NCBI GenBank assembly: GCA_028534125.1
Contig: CM052818.1
Location: 17,796,001-17,860,000 of the forward strand
Direction: 5' to 3'
DNA: 64,000 nucleotides
Source: Lama glama
Lineage: Eukaryota
Shown here: positions 1 to 10,998 of the stretch, one piece after another
How the letters are laid out: each line of letters opens with the position of its first letter
Position numbering within the stretch: position 1 is the stretch's first letter
Made by a program: the position numbers and the translations under genes
Notes under the pieces: model-generated
Seen by the model: only the letters and a program-made list of their open reading frames with translations
The model's database searches: none
Told to the model about the DNA's origin: nothing

Positions 1-1460
1 TGTATTTTCATGACCACTTAGTGAAAATATTTTCCCATTTTTATTGTGATTTATTCTTCTATCAACTTTTTAAAAGGGCATTTATATTTCAACTATTTAA
101 GGTTGTTTTCTAGTTATTGTTATTTATAGATTAAGCCCACTGTGTTCAGAGAACATACTGTATATGACTTAAATCTTTTGAAATTTACTGAGATTTCCTT
201 TAAGGTCAGCCATATAAAGAATTTAAAAAATATTTTGGGTCTGTATGAAATGATTGTAGACTCTGGTCTACATGATATCATGTTGTATTTGTGTCAGTTA
301 CCTCAAATTTTTAATTAGATTATTCTATATCTTTTATCTGTTTGTCCTAATAGCTACTAAAAGAGTTATTAAAACCTCTGGCAGTGATTTGTATGTTTTC
401 TCCTCTTGTTCTAACTCATTTACTTTATGTATTGTGAAGTTATGTGACTGGAAGCATACAGTTTTAGTATTGTTGTATCTTCTATTAGAGTGAAACTTTT
501 ATCACTATGAAATAGTCTTCTTTTCTATGGTAATTCTTTAAATTTTACTTACTGATATTAATACAGCTGTATAGCCACACCAGCTTCCTTTTCATTAATG
601 CTTCTTTGAGATTTTTTCCAACATTTGGCTTTCAACTATTTTAAACCCTAAGAGTTGAGTCTGTTGCAGTTGGTGGAGCAGATAATGTGTATGCTCTATT
701 CATGCTCCCTTAGACCACTTTACCATTTCTGTGCATGCCAGCCTATCTTCCAACAGCCAGCACTTGCGTCTTTTGGGAGGGCTGCCCTCAGGCTGCAGCA
801 CCCATTTTGCTCAGAGACATAAGTGTCAGGCAGTACCTGAGAGTTTACCTCCTCTAGAAGCAGCCTTTGGCCAGTCACTGACAGGTGTGGGAGTATGCAT
901 AGCTCCCTTAACCTTTGGCAAGGTGGTGCATTTTGCACTACCTTCTAGGATTTCCTTACTGTGTTAAACACCAATCATGCCCTCTGGTACCTTGCTTAAT
1001 AGCATCCACTTTAAAGGCTGCCTTGCCTTCCCTGTATCGTATCTTCCTCTCCTACACATGTTCCTCACACCTTCCAATAAACTAGTGTAATTGATTCCTT
1101 GGCACAGTGTCTGCTTCTGTGAGAATCCAAACTGAGAGTTTTTTTTTTTAAATAATGAATAGTAATTCTCCATTAATTCAACTATTTAGTTATTTTACAT
1201 TTAATACAATTGCTAATATAAGGACTTAGATTTGCCATCAGTTAACTATCTGATGTTTATTCGTCCCACCAGTTCTGGGCTTTTTTGGCCTTTTTATATC
1301 AAGGATTTTAAAGTACCTTTATGTACCTCTCCCCCATAGATTTGCTATTTTTAGTAATTTTTAGCTGTTACACATTTTGACATATTAACATCTGATGTAA
1401 ATGAGTACGTTTACCATTTCTTACAGCCAACGTCTTATTGAGAACTTTAGGTGACTTAAC
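1..1460 (-). mobile_element. Old L1M (LINE-1) ORF2-start/inter-ORF fragment, split by an LTR
   Basis: Resembles antisense L1M consensus (e.g. tgtgttcagagaacatactgtatatgac...tttgaaatttactgaga; gccacaccagcttccttttcattaatg). Resumes at ~1160 after the LTR. Confidence 0.75.
661..1140 (+). mobile_element. ERVL solo LTR, LTR16-like
   Basis: GC-richer insert ending aataaa...tgtctgcttctgtgagaatccaaactgaga, similar to the LTR16 family 3' end. Confidence 0.6.
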
Positions 1461-1469
1461 ACTCAGAGC

Positions 1470-2700
1470 ACCAAACTGTGTATTGCAGCCTTGATTATAG
1501 GGATGAGAAGAAAGGGAATGATCCTTGGCAAAATTGGGAAGTTAGCACTGTTTGTCATCACCATCCTCATATCATATGGCCTTATGCTTTTGATCACTTT
1601 TGAGTGATCAACACCATCTAAAAAATTCAGCTTTTATTTAAAATTTTCATTTATAAGAATAACTAATATACCTGATAGTTACAGCCTTGTTGCAGAGGTA
1701 GGTCCAATAGGTTTTCAGAACTTGTTGACATTAAACTATTGAAACATATGACTAACTCCGTTTGCTCATTTTCCACACTTAGCTGAAGTATTTTCTTTAT
1801 TCCTTAGATTTTTATGTAAACCTATTACAGGAGCAAATGCATTGATTAGGCTGATGAAAATGTATTTCCTACTAGACAATACATAAATAATATATAAAAT
1901 GCATTTTCTCATTGGCATTGGTCTCAGATCTTTCCTGTGACTAAGATGTAAATACCTCATGATGGCTTAAAATTTTACTTACGTTGGAGGCGCTCATATC
2001 AAGTAGAGTCAAAGATGGAGAGATTAAAAATAACATTTCACAAGCAAGTAAGAAGTGAATTTGGGCAGCGAAAAGGACTTGAAATCATATCACTGGTCAC
2101 CTTTTCTGCCACTATGTAAGATTCACTTTAATGATTTGGAGAGAAAAGTAATTGAACTTGCAGTGATCCAGAAGTTCTCTTCTGTTATTAACTAACTGTG
2201 GATCATGGGAGATACTACAGTTTTTATACTCTTGGGCTATTAAGAGCAAACTTTATCTTGTAAGTGAAAGGGTTTTAAGCAAATGAGCCTTTAAAAGTAT
2301 AGCCGTCTTGCTCTTTATTCTTAAAATCGTTAATGAAAATAAAATAATGTGTAACCATAAGCAGTATCAATTATGGAAGCTGTGCAAAACCTCTGATGTG
2401 CATGATGTAAGCTGAGCGATGGGATTTAAGGATATAGTTTGTGTTATTTTTATGATAAGCAATGTTTAGCAAAGACTGAAGCAAGGATGTTTGACTCTCA
2501 TTCCCCTTTTTGTGTGTTCTAATAAGTCTTTACTTAGTTGGCATCATCATTGTAATAGGTGTTCAAAAGTTCAATTTTAAATACAGGTTTGTGTTTATGG
2601 ATCCTGTAATTTTGCATTGCATTTTGCTTCAAAAACATGAATACTAAAATCATATGTAAAATATCTGTGTCAAGTAGTTAACAGCTTCTTCCAAATGCCA
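1470..2700 (-). pseudogene. Decayed LRR coding segment ending in an LRRCT cap, possibly followed by an Ig-like remnant
   Basis: Minus-strand translation across frameshifts gives GFAQLP*LILL, YTFKG/LLKTLSLTR*, SLTLLDMSASN, then NQCICSC (1847->1827) ... ELVICF ... NLLDLPLQQGC (->1681), which fits the four-Cys LRRCT spacing. Confidence 0.7.
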
Positions 2701-2744
2701 ACTTACTACTAATAATTTTGGCAACCAGTTTTGGAAAGTAGGAT

Positions 2745-3166
2745 TTTCTGTGTGCCTTTTGAGCGAAGCCTGTGTTTTCCCCAGTCCTGTGGGGTTCCTG
2801 CAGTTAAGGCCCACTGGCCTTCAAAACCAAATGCTCTGGGGGCTCATCTTCCTGGTGCCAGTTCCCTGGGCTGGGGAACCTGACATGGGACTCAGAACTC
2901 TTACTCTTGTGAAAGAAATTCTGTAATCTAATTATTCTCCAGTTTGTAGGTCACCCAACCTGGGGGTATGGGATTTGATTATATCACAAATCGGCCCCTC
3001 CTACCTGTTTTGTTGTGGCTTCTTCTTTATGTCTTTAGGTGTAGAAGATCTTTTCTGGGAAGTTCCAGTCTTTTTCATCTATGGTTGTTCTGCAGATAGT
3101 TGATGGTTTTGCTGTGCTCATGAGAGGAGGTGAGCTCAGAGTCTTTCTACTCCTCCATCTTGGCCA
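2745..3166 (-). mobile_element. L1 5' UTR fragment (laurasiatherian type)
   Basis: Ends ggtgagctcagagtctttctactcctccatcttggcc, the reverse complement of an L1 5' start (ggccaagatgg...). Confidence 0.8.
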
Positions 3167-3169
3167 TTC

Positions 3170-3265
3170 CCATATTCACTTTCTTGGGTGAATTCAAGAG
3201 TTGACTGGTCACAGCTGAGGAAAGAATCAGTGTGCTTGAATACAGGTTAGTATTTGCCAAACTGT
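3170..3265 (+). mobile_element. Short L1 ORF1 fragment
   Basis: cacagctgaggaaagaatcagtgtgcttgaa matches the ORF1p coiled-coil region (AEERISELE-like). Confidence 0.6.
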
Positions 3266-3379
3266 AGAGGACTAATGGTAGTGACTATCCCACAGTTGCC
3301 TTCTCTCAGATACCAGCAAGCATTTTTTTTTCTCTCTTTACTATGGGGTTGACCGCAGGCCATGGGTAGGGCTTCTTAG

Positions 3380-4610
3380 TATCTTGTCTTTGATTGCTGA
3401 GCTTGCTGTATGTTTTCATTTGTTCCAAGAGCATTCGCTTTAAAATACTGAAACCTATTTATAGTAGTTGCTTTAAAGTCTTCGGATAATTCCAACATCA
3501 GTGTCTTCTTAGTGTTACCATTTATTGTTTGTTTGATTGTGAAATAATTGTAGGTTGTCTTCTGAACATTTTGAATATAGATTTTTGAAGCTCTATAGTC
3601 TTGTTTAAACCATATGGGGAATGTTAATTTTAAGTTGATTTTTATCTTTTAGGAGGCACTTTATCTGTTTAGGTTTTAGGCCACAGTTTTTGACTAGTCT
3701 TTTGTGTCATATGGTTTCTATGACAGTTCTCCTTTGAAAGTGTTTGTAATTTTAAGTATATCTCTTCCATGGGTGGACCACTCAGTGGCTAATCTGGGAC
3801 CTGGATGGTGATCTGTTTCATGGTTCAATTCTCAAAGACTATGGAGTGCTTTAAAGATCAGATCCATGCACATTCAGCTTGGGAGTAAGGTGAAAATTTA
3901 TAAATAATGTTATGGAGTCAACTTTTATGAATTCCTTCCTCTTTATTATTTCCTTATACTTTACGGTTCTTTTAGCCTCCTCTGTTCTGTACTCCAGACA
4001 GAAAGATGGAAATTTTATGTACCCTGACCTGCCACACATTCCCTGTGGTTGTGTCTGTATCTGAGACCGTAAAGTAGAAGGCTACATATGGGGGAAAAAA
4101 ATGGCGTTTTGTCCCACTCTCTTTGGGACATAGTTTCTCTTATCATAAAGGAAGGTCTTGCTTGCTGAGCATTTGAGCCTCCCACAGGATCCTATTTCTG
4201 CTACTCTTGGTGCCACCGTTGCCAGATTGCTTTGGGTGCTGAGTTGTGAGAGAGGGGAGAAAAAGAAAAAAATGAGGTATTTCATTCATTTTCTTTGATC
4301 ATTAGGATATATTTTCCCTCTGTTTGAGCCAGAACTACAGAACTTTGAGAGCTCTTTTCTGTCTGTTTTTGGGGACTGTGTTCAGGATCATGGATAATAA
4401 AGAGAAAAAAAAGATACACTAACAAATAGTTTGGTAGTACTTCAAATTCTGATCTCCTTCCCAGTGTACTATTATTTAATTTCATATTTCTTAAATGCTG
4501 TTCTATTCAACTGTCTGGTTTTCATAACTATCCAGTTTTCATAACTGCAGTAAGTGGGAGAAACACACTGAGAGTGCTCACTCCTTACCCAGAAACAAAG
4601 TCTCATGGGA
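3380..4610 (-). mobile_element. Old L1M 5' region
   Basis: atttatagtagttgctttaaagtcttcggataattccaacatc and terminal gagtgctcactccttacccagaa resemble antisense L1M 5' consensus. Confidence 0.65.
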
Positions 4611-4689
4611 ACATTTTTCTTTTTTAAATATAGATGTTTACGTGCTATTGGTATCTTATTTTTATATATTTTAAAATATTTTTAAAGGA

Positions 4690-4970
4690 GCTGATGGAAA
4701 AAAGGCATGAAGGATTTCTTTTTGGTATTAGTTAGTTTTTCTCTGCTACTCTGAACTCTTTCATGCTGTAAAATCTGCAAAAACAAATTGATTATTTGAG
4801 GGGTAATCATGGCTTTTTAGATTTAGCTCATCATTCTGACTGAAAAGCCCAGCACTATCTACTGTTCTTGTGTGTTTGAAATTATTCCTACTGAAACGGG
4901 TTAGAGATGGTCACAGAAACTTCAAGATGAATGCCAGCTGAAGAGCATCTATCTTTTTAGAGCTTATGTT
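4690..4970 (-). pseudogene. Short decayed LRR fragment
   Basis: A single minus frame reads NISSKKIDAL...SLTRFSRNNFKH. Weak alone; supported by flanking segments on the same strand. Confidence 0.4.
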
Positions 4971-4984
4971 CAATTTAATGTTAC

Positions 4985-5240
4985 AACCTTGATCCATTTT
5001 ATGTATGACAGCCCAGTGCATGCCACAGTGCATGACATATAATGTATACTTAAAACATGTTTGCTCAACTTGTTTAAAGAATAAACCTGTGCATTCAATT
5101 CTTCAAGCACACATTGAAATTGAATGTCTGTTGTGCATAATACATTGTGATGAATGGAAATAAAAAGAGGACCAAGATATGCCTTTGACAACTAGGAACT
5201 CTCATGGTGGGAAAGTCAGACAAGTAAAACAACTGATTGT
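4985..5240. mobile_element. Two L2 3'-end fragments, tail to tail
   Basis: cccagtgcatgccacagtgcatgacatata...tgtttgctcaa on plus, followed by cattcaattcttcaagcac...tgtgcataatacattgtg, an L2 tail on minus. Confidence 0.55.
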
Positions 5241-5299
5241 AGGGAAGAATGAAACAAATAAGAAAGAGATAAGCAGGAAATCTTATTAGAAGGAAAAAT

Positions 5300-5480
5300 A
5301 AAATTGACACAACATTGTAAACTGACTATCTCAATAAAAAAATGAAAAAAAAAGTCTAAAGAAGATTGTAGATATTTTACTTAACTTCTCTGAACCTCAG
5401 TTTCTTCATCAGTGGTGATAATAACCACATTAGCTTTATGTTTCCTATAAGGACCAAATTATATAACATGAAAAGCCCAC
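5300..5480 (+). mobile_element. Young L1 3' tip with poly(A), followed by a MIR core
   Basis: attgacacaacattgtaaactgactatctcaataaaaaaa; then ttacttaacttctctgaacctcagtttcttcatc. Confidence 0.75.
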
Positions 5481-6030
5481 ATTTGAACATAACCAATCAG
5501 TGGAAACAGTCAAGAAACTGAGATAGATAATAGAAACCCTGTTGTTTAACCAGTGTTCAGCCAGTCTCTCATATCCAGAGGCTTTTAGGAAGGGGCAGTT
5601 GTGTGGGTTTATGTTTATGTGCAGGCATGAGTTTGCGTGCCCAGAGTTAATCTGAAGATATCCTGACTGAATTTAGATACAACACTATTTATTGCAGTCA
5701 TAGGCCTCTCTTTACTATACTTGCCAGAGGTTAAAAAAAAAAACTTTGGGATGTTGAATTTGATGTCACACCAGATGGTTTTAACTAGTTAACATTGGAA
5801 GCAGCAACTATAGTTTTGACTGAGAAACAAAGTGCCCCAGGAGACATAACTTTGTTAAATAACTTTTATATGGTCACCCAGGATACATCTGAACCATCTT
5901 ATCCTCTCACCAATTGCTACATGCTGAGAAAATGCAAACTGGAATACTTTCCTGAACAAAAACACATCACAGTACCTAAGTTACACACTATGTTCAAAGG
6001 GTAATTGGGAATTTAGAGATAGCTATTGTC
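5480..6030 (-). pseudogene. Decayed LRR fragment with an LRRCT-like cap
   Basis: YSSLHFLSM*, then LHININPHNCPF (NPHNC at 5609->5595)...HWLNNRVSIIYL, resembling L-x-L-x-x-N-P-f-x-C...W-L. Confidence 0.5.
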
Positions 6031-6304
6031 AACAGCTTGGATTCCAAGTCAAAGGAATTTGTAATCCTCTGCCCCCATCAGATTTGGCAAGTTAATTCTC
6101 TCTGCCTTATGTTACACATGCGTGAAAGTGTGTATATCAGATGAGCACTTCTGTTCATAAGGTTACTATGAAGATCAAATATCAATTTCTTTACAATTAA
6201 AGGATTAAACTCGTGTGTTAAGATATTACATAGAAAGACTGTGACAGATGAGTCTCAAACTTTCAGTGGCTTAATTCAAGAAGTTATTTTTGTTTTCATC
6301 TTGC

Positions 6305-6415
6305 TGGGGTGACTATTGGTCAAATTAAGACACTCCGATGAGTGAAAGGAGACGCTATTAATTAGACTGGGAAAGTGGGCACAAAGACAGTCTGGAGTCA
6401 ACCCGGGCACCCTGT
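6305..6415. mobile_element. MER81-like hAT-Blackjack MITE
   Basis: gggtgact...gagtgaaaggagacgctattaat...caccct, with inverted ends. Confidence 0.65.
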
Positions 6416-6551
6416 TTCTCAGTCATAACAGCCTAATACAGATGTTCCTGGTCAGGTGGCTTCTTTTTCCAGCAGTGAGTCAGAGACTAAGTTCATTCTA
6501 GATTTTGACTCTGTCATCTTCCACATGTAGATTATAAAACCATTGTAATGG

Positions 6552-6758
6552 CAGTGATATGCGAGTAAACCATGTCTCCAAAAAAGAAGAAGGGGGAAAA
6601 GAGCCCTAATGTGTAGCATTTTTTCATTTCTTGGTGTAAATATTCTCACCATGGTAAATTTCAAACTGCCAACAACTTAAAAGCTGGCTTAAAACCATCC
6701 TTGAATATTTAAGAATGGGATTTTGTGGGCTGTACAGTCCAGCTCCAGAGTGTCACTG
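6552..6758. mobile_element. MER63-like hAT-Blackjack MITE
   Basis: CAGTG...CACTG termini; internal gccctaatgtgtagc...ggtgtaaatattctcaccatgg matches the MER63 core. Confidence 0.75.
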
Positions 6759-7029
6759 ACAGGCCGTCTTCTTCATTCCAATCAGCTGGAATGGAAGGAA
6801 GACATAGAAGATGATGTGTGGGGGATTTTTTAATGGGCCAGGCCTTGAACATGCACTTACCATGATCACTTGCAATCCTCTGGGTAGAATTCAGCCACAT
6901 GCAGCTGCAAGGGAGCTGTGACTTGTGGTCTGTGTACCCAGGAGGATGCAGAACTGGGTCACATAAACAGCAAGCTTGCCTCTGCTACGTGTACTTGGGA
7001 TCGAGGGAAGATTGGGTGATCATTTGTAA

Positions 7030-7900
7030 TTGAAAATATGGAATGTGGACTGAACACATTGCTGTTGTAATTATAGAAATAGTTGTCTTTAATTATGGTT
7101 TGATAGATAACCCTATATATATTACTCATAAACAGTTATTTAACAGTTTGTATTAAATATTGAAAAACTGTCTTCAGGTCTAGAAATGAAGATGTATTCA
7201 AATTTTATTTTTAACTTTAAAATTTGTTCATATCTAGTGTCTCCTACTTGAATCACTTTGTGGTAAGGATTGCATTGACATACCTGAAGTTCAAAAAAGG
7301 TTTCATTGGTAACTACTGAAATGGCAGTAGTGAAGACGGAGTAGAAGCTCCCTCTTGTCCTGATAAAGTTTCCATGTGTCAACTTCAATGATGAGCTTGT
7401 TAATTTTGTAGCTAGATCTCCACTGATTTTGTCTTAGAGTATATGACAGTATGTATAATAAATTACTTAGAAATCCTGTGTTGTTCAACTTAAGTTCAGT
7501 CAATACTGATCTTAAGATTATTTGAAAATACTTTGGGAAAATATTAAATTGATGGAAGTAAGACAATTCAGTATCAAATCCAGACATAATGGTGTCATTC
7601 TGTTTTCTCCTGAACTCATTTTCAGTGCATGCTTTGTCTCATCTTTACAATGAAACTCATTTTGAAATGTTTTTTCTGATGGCTGGTTAATTTGGTAGAT
7701 GATATTATGGTATTTAAATGTTAAAATACAAAAAAGATATTTTCAAGTTATAAGTCTGCCTGAAATTTGTCACGTGCACAACATGTACAGTATTTAACAT
7801 GTGAGTATCCATTCCATGAAGCCATTTGCTTCCTTAATGTTTGATATATGTGGTATAAAAACTAATTTCTAGCATTAGAGAATGTTAGGTAACAATCATT
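7030..7900 (-). pseudogene. Decayed LRR coding segment
   Basis: ORF 7303..7587 contains SVLTELKLNNTG and IEVDTWKLYQDKRELLL. Overlapping ORF 7140..7388 continues TAISVVTNETFFELQ and ISRPEDSFSIF. These are successive LRR units linked by a frameshift. Confidence 0.7.
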
Positions 7901-7904
7901 AACC

Positions 7905-8130
7905 TAAAATAAAATGTCTGAACTTGAAGTCCGACTGCCACTTAGTAGCTCTGTAATTTGGAGCAAATCACTTTAATTTTTCTGTGACGTAGTTTCTCTA
8001 CTGTGAAATGGAGGCTGCAAAACTGGAGTCTATGCTTCACACCTTTGTTAAGAGAATTAAATGAGCCAGTATATTAAAAAAATTATAATAGTACATAGTG
8101 AGTGTTTTACAAACATTAGTATAATTGTAT
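7905..8130 (+). mobile_element. MIR SINE
   Basis: ctgccacttagtagctctgtaatttggagcaaatcacttta...gtttctctactgtgaaatggag...gagaattaaatgag core. Confidence 0.8.
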
Positions 8131-8650
8131 TTATTAGTTCTTGATGAGATTATAGTCAATTTTATCTTTACTTCAAATAGCTGTAATTTATTTTTTTCTA
8201 AAATGAACATTTGCTCAGTTAGAATCAAAAATGACAGCAAAGACAAATTTCTTGCCAATTGTTTTGATAATACTCTTTTTGTCTGAGAAGTTGAGGTGAT
8301 TGTGCTAATTTTAATCCCCCACAGGTGAAGGCCACATTTAATTTAAATTTAATTACTTTCAGTAATTTAATCTAAAACAATTATTTAATAATTGTTTTAA
8401 TATAGTATTTTTTCAGAGTTCAAATTGTCGTGATAAAAAAAAATCAACAACTGCAAGATTATTCCTGAATTGAGTAGTACTAAGAAAAGATTATAATTGA
8501 GCCTTTTTTATACCTTCAAGTGAGGTTGGATGAACTATTTTTCTGTATTCTTTTTACATTTCTTCTGTTCAAAAATTTTTTGTCTTGTGAATTTTAATTT
8601 TGCAGGAAAGCAACTTTTTGTTATTAAAGCAAATTGGATATTAGTTGGGC
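8130..8650 (-). pseudogene. Decayed LRR coding segment
   Basis: LNRRNVKRIQKNSSSNLT*, RLNYNLF, HLNFSD, RNLSLLSFLIL, FILEKNKLQ. Cut by MIRs on both sides. Confidence 0.6.
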
Positions 8651-9075
8651 TTAGCTTTTTGCTAGGTAGAAAGAGTTTTAAATTTTGATTCTGTCACTAT
8701 GACCTGTCATTTTCTTGCTATTCACTTCCCTGGGGTCTCAACTGTAGAATAGATTAATGATGCTGACCCCCCCCCCAAAAAAAGTAGGTATAAAGTAATT
8801 TGTTTTCTGTATGTGGGGAAACTCTGAACAGTGATGGACACAAAGGCTTTTGATGCTTCTCGTATTCCTCTCAGATGTGTTTGTCCAGTAGCATACCACA
8901 ACCTTGCCTAGAAGCCTGGGTTTCTGGTCTCATGCTGAGAGGCTATATATGTGTAATTTTTTTCAGTAAGAAAATGATAGTTAAAATCATTGAACACTTC
9001 TAGTCTTTTTTATTCACGTTAGAGTTCATGTTACAGTGCCTGTCTGGTTAATACTGTTACTAGTTTTACATTTAT

Positions 9076-9540
9076 ATGCTATGTCTTAGAAAAATAAAAA
9101 CTTTAGTCTGGTGTCTGCCATTCATTAGCTTTCTAAGCTTAGTTGTGCCTAAATGCTGCAACAGACTAGAATGTTGTAGTAGATGGGCTAATTCCTTTCT
9201 TTCTGTAACAATCTGTAGCTTACGAAATTTAACAACTCCCAGGATCCTTTTTGAAATCAGAAGATCAAGCCCTACAGACTAGAATGTGTCCAGTGAGACT
9301 GCAGACCAAGAAATCACTTCTATGGAATTGGTAGCATATGCTGAACAGATGTAGTGCTGTAGCGATATTAGCATCAGAACCAGAAGGATAGTGCCCTCAC
9401 TCATAGAAGTGTCCTGGGAATAGATAATGTGTATGATAACGTTTTGGAAATCGTAGAATAGCGTGCAGATGGAAGGTAATAGCATTATTGTTGCATGACA
9501 TATGTTGCCTGGGGAGCGTGGTACAGCTGAGAGGAACTGC
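9076..9540 (+). pseudogene. 5' end of a decayed secreted or membrane LRR gene: signal peptide, LRRNT and first LRRs
   Basis: ORF 9076..9282 reads MLCLRKIKTLVWCLPFISFLSLVVPKCCNRLECC...VTICSLRNLTTP: a hydrophobic leader plus the C-S-x-R-N-L-T-x-P LRRNT motif. Downstream frames give VYDNVLEIV and SVQMEGNSI. Truncated by a MIR at ~9545. Confidence 0.7.
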
Positions 9541-9544
9541 TGTT

Positions 9545-9790
9545 GAGAGGCAGTTCATGTTTTGGCTAAGAGTGTGAGCTCTGGAGCTAGACTACTTGGG
9601 TTGACTCCTGGAACCACCATTTACTAGCCAGATGATTGGAGCAAGTTACTTCATATTCCTGTGATATAGGTTTCCCGTCTTCATAAGTAGTACCTACCTC
9701 ACAAGGGTTCTGATGAGGATTGTATGTTATATACAAGCTAATTTAAGTTTCCCTGGCGCACTGTAATTACTGTGTAATGATTGTTGCTAT
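9545..9790 (+). mobile_element. Near full-length MIR SINE
   Basis: ggctaagagtgtgagctctggagctagac...ccatttactagc...gcaagttactt...gtacctacctcacaaggg...gaggatt. Confidence 0.85.
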
Positions 9791-10239
9791 TTCTCTTATC
9801 TAGTCAAACTCCAAATTATTAAAATCAGAAAATTTAGACTTGTGCTGCTTTTCCCTATTGTAACTGAAAGATTATTAATTTTAATAATAAGGATATTAAA
9901 CCTTTATAATTGCATCACACCAAGTGTTTTCTGTCATCCATCATCTATCACTAAAAGTGGTTTTCCTTTTAATTTATAAACTTTATGTAGTCAAATCATT
10001 GCTCTTCTCTAAAGGAATGTTTGAAGATGAAAAGAAAAAACCCTTAACATCACACCAATAGAATTTCATCTTTGTGTATTTTCTTCTTTATTTTGCATAT
10101 ATGATAGACATTTTTCCATAGTTGTAAACTTCCATGCATGCTATTTCATATTCTACTTAGTATCACAAAAAAACTTCCTTATTTCTCTTTAATCTTCATA
10201 ATCATCACCATGGCATCAACATATTGGCTCATGTTGACA

Positions 10240-10998
10240 TTGAATCTTGTATTGATTTCTCTTTTTTGCTTTGATCTGTTACAGTCAGAGTTAAGTGTAT
10301 GACTTAACTTCCAACACATGTGCACAATAGTTCTTTTAGAACAAAATTTGTGTTACTGACTAGGCATTACTGTATTTTTGTGATTCCATGTTTCAGTTCT
10401 TTAACTGCTATGCTTCATGCTACAATAGACACACTTCATGGTTCTCTTTTACATGAATCCTCTCTTATAGTAGTAACAAGGCCAGTAATGAAACTGATAC
10501 GCAAGGGGCTGTTCTGTGTAAAGCAGGAAGAGAATCCCCCAAACTCCCCCAGTATCTTTTCTCTGACATCTATGGCAGAGGCCACGATTCTGGGAACACA
10601 GGTTTTAGAACTATTAAACCTAAACCCTTTGTAGTCTACTCAGTCTCCCATTTGTTCTAAAATTGCTCCTGGTTCTAATAAGACCATCATAGACTTCAGC
10701 ACTCTTGTCATTGTTTGGTCCTCTGGTAGAATTGTTTCAATGAACTACACTTTAGAATATGACCCTTGATTTGCAGTATTTTCTGTAGGCGTGCTGTTGA
10801 AGAAGTTTATGAGTTCATTAAGGAGAATCACTTTTATGAGGCTCTGGGAGAAATTTTTCTGAAACCTTAATACCAGCTGGGAAAAATGGGCCACATTCTA
10901 TCCATTGGTGTTTTATATTAGGGACCCTGAATCTTGTAATAGATTTCTCTCTTTGCTTTGATCTCTGCTTAGAGTTGAATTTGTGACTCAACCCTAAC
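10240..10998 (+). pseudogene. Decayed LRR segment flanked by ~75-bp direct repeats
   Basis: CFSSLTAML, KLPQYLFSDI (10541-10570), SGNTGFRTIKPKPF, VEEVYEFIKENHF and NLNTSWEKWATFYPLVF across plus frames. Confidence 0.65.

Larger units (their letters stand above)
6200..6990 (-). mobile_element. MaLR LTR (old MLT1 type) carrying two nested DNA transposons
   Basis: tctcaaactttcagtggcttaa...ttattt start and cagccacatgcagctgcaagggagctg end, typical of antisense MLT1. Confidence 0.65.

Noticed and set aside
1518..1607. Plus-strand hydrophobic peptide MILGKIGKLALFVITILISYGLMLLITFE and a 9-bp-stem hairpin at 1590-1611
   Set aside because: Wrong strand for the adjacent LRRCT. Such short peptides and hairpins are expected by chance.
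7278..7320. Minus-strand splice donor after ETFFELQ (cag|gtatg)
   Set aside because: The frame stays open and LRR-like beyond the site, so an intron is not needed.
10300..10900. Minus-strand frame with patchy resemblance to influenza NP (DYKG...RIVASAIDVR) and to bornavirus N (GSYSKV, KSMM, SFITGLVTT), suggesting an endogenous RNA virus element
   Set aside because: Both matches are short, weak and mutually incompatible. The plus strand gives better LRR motifs that agree with the neighbouring segments, so this frame is most likely the antisense shadow of old coding sequence.
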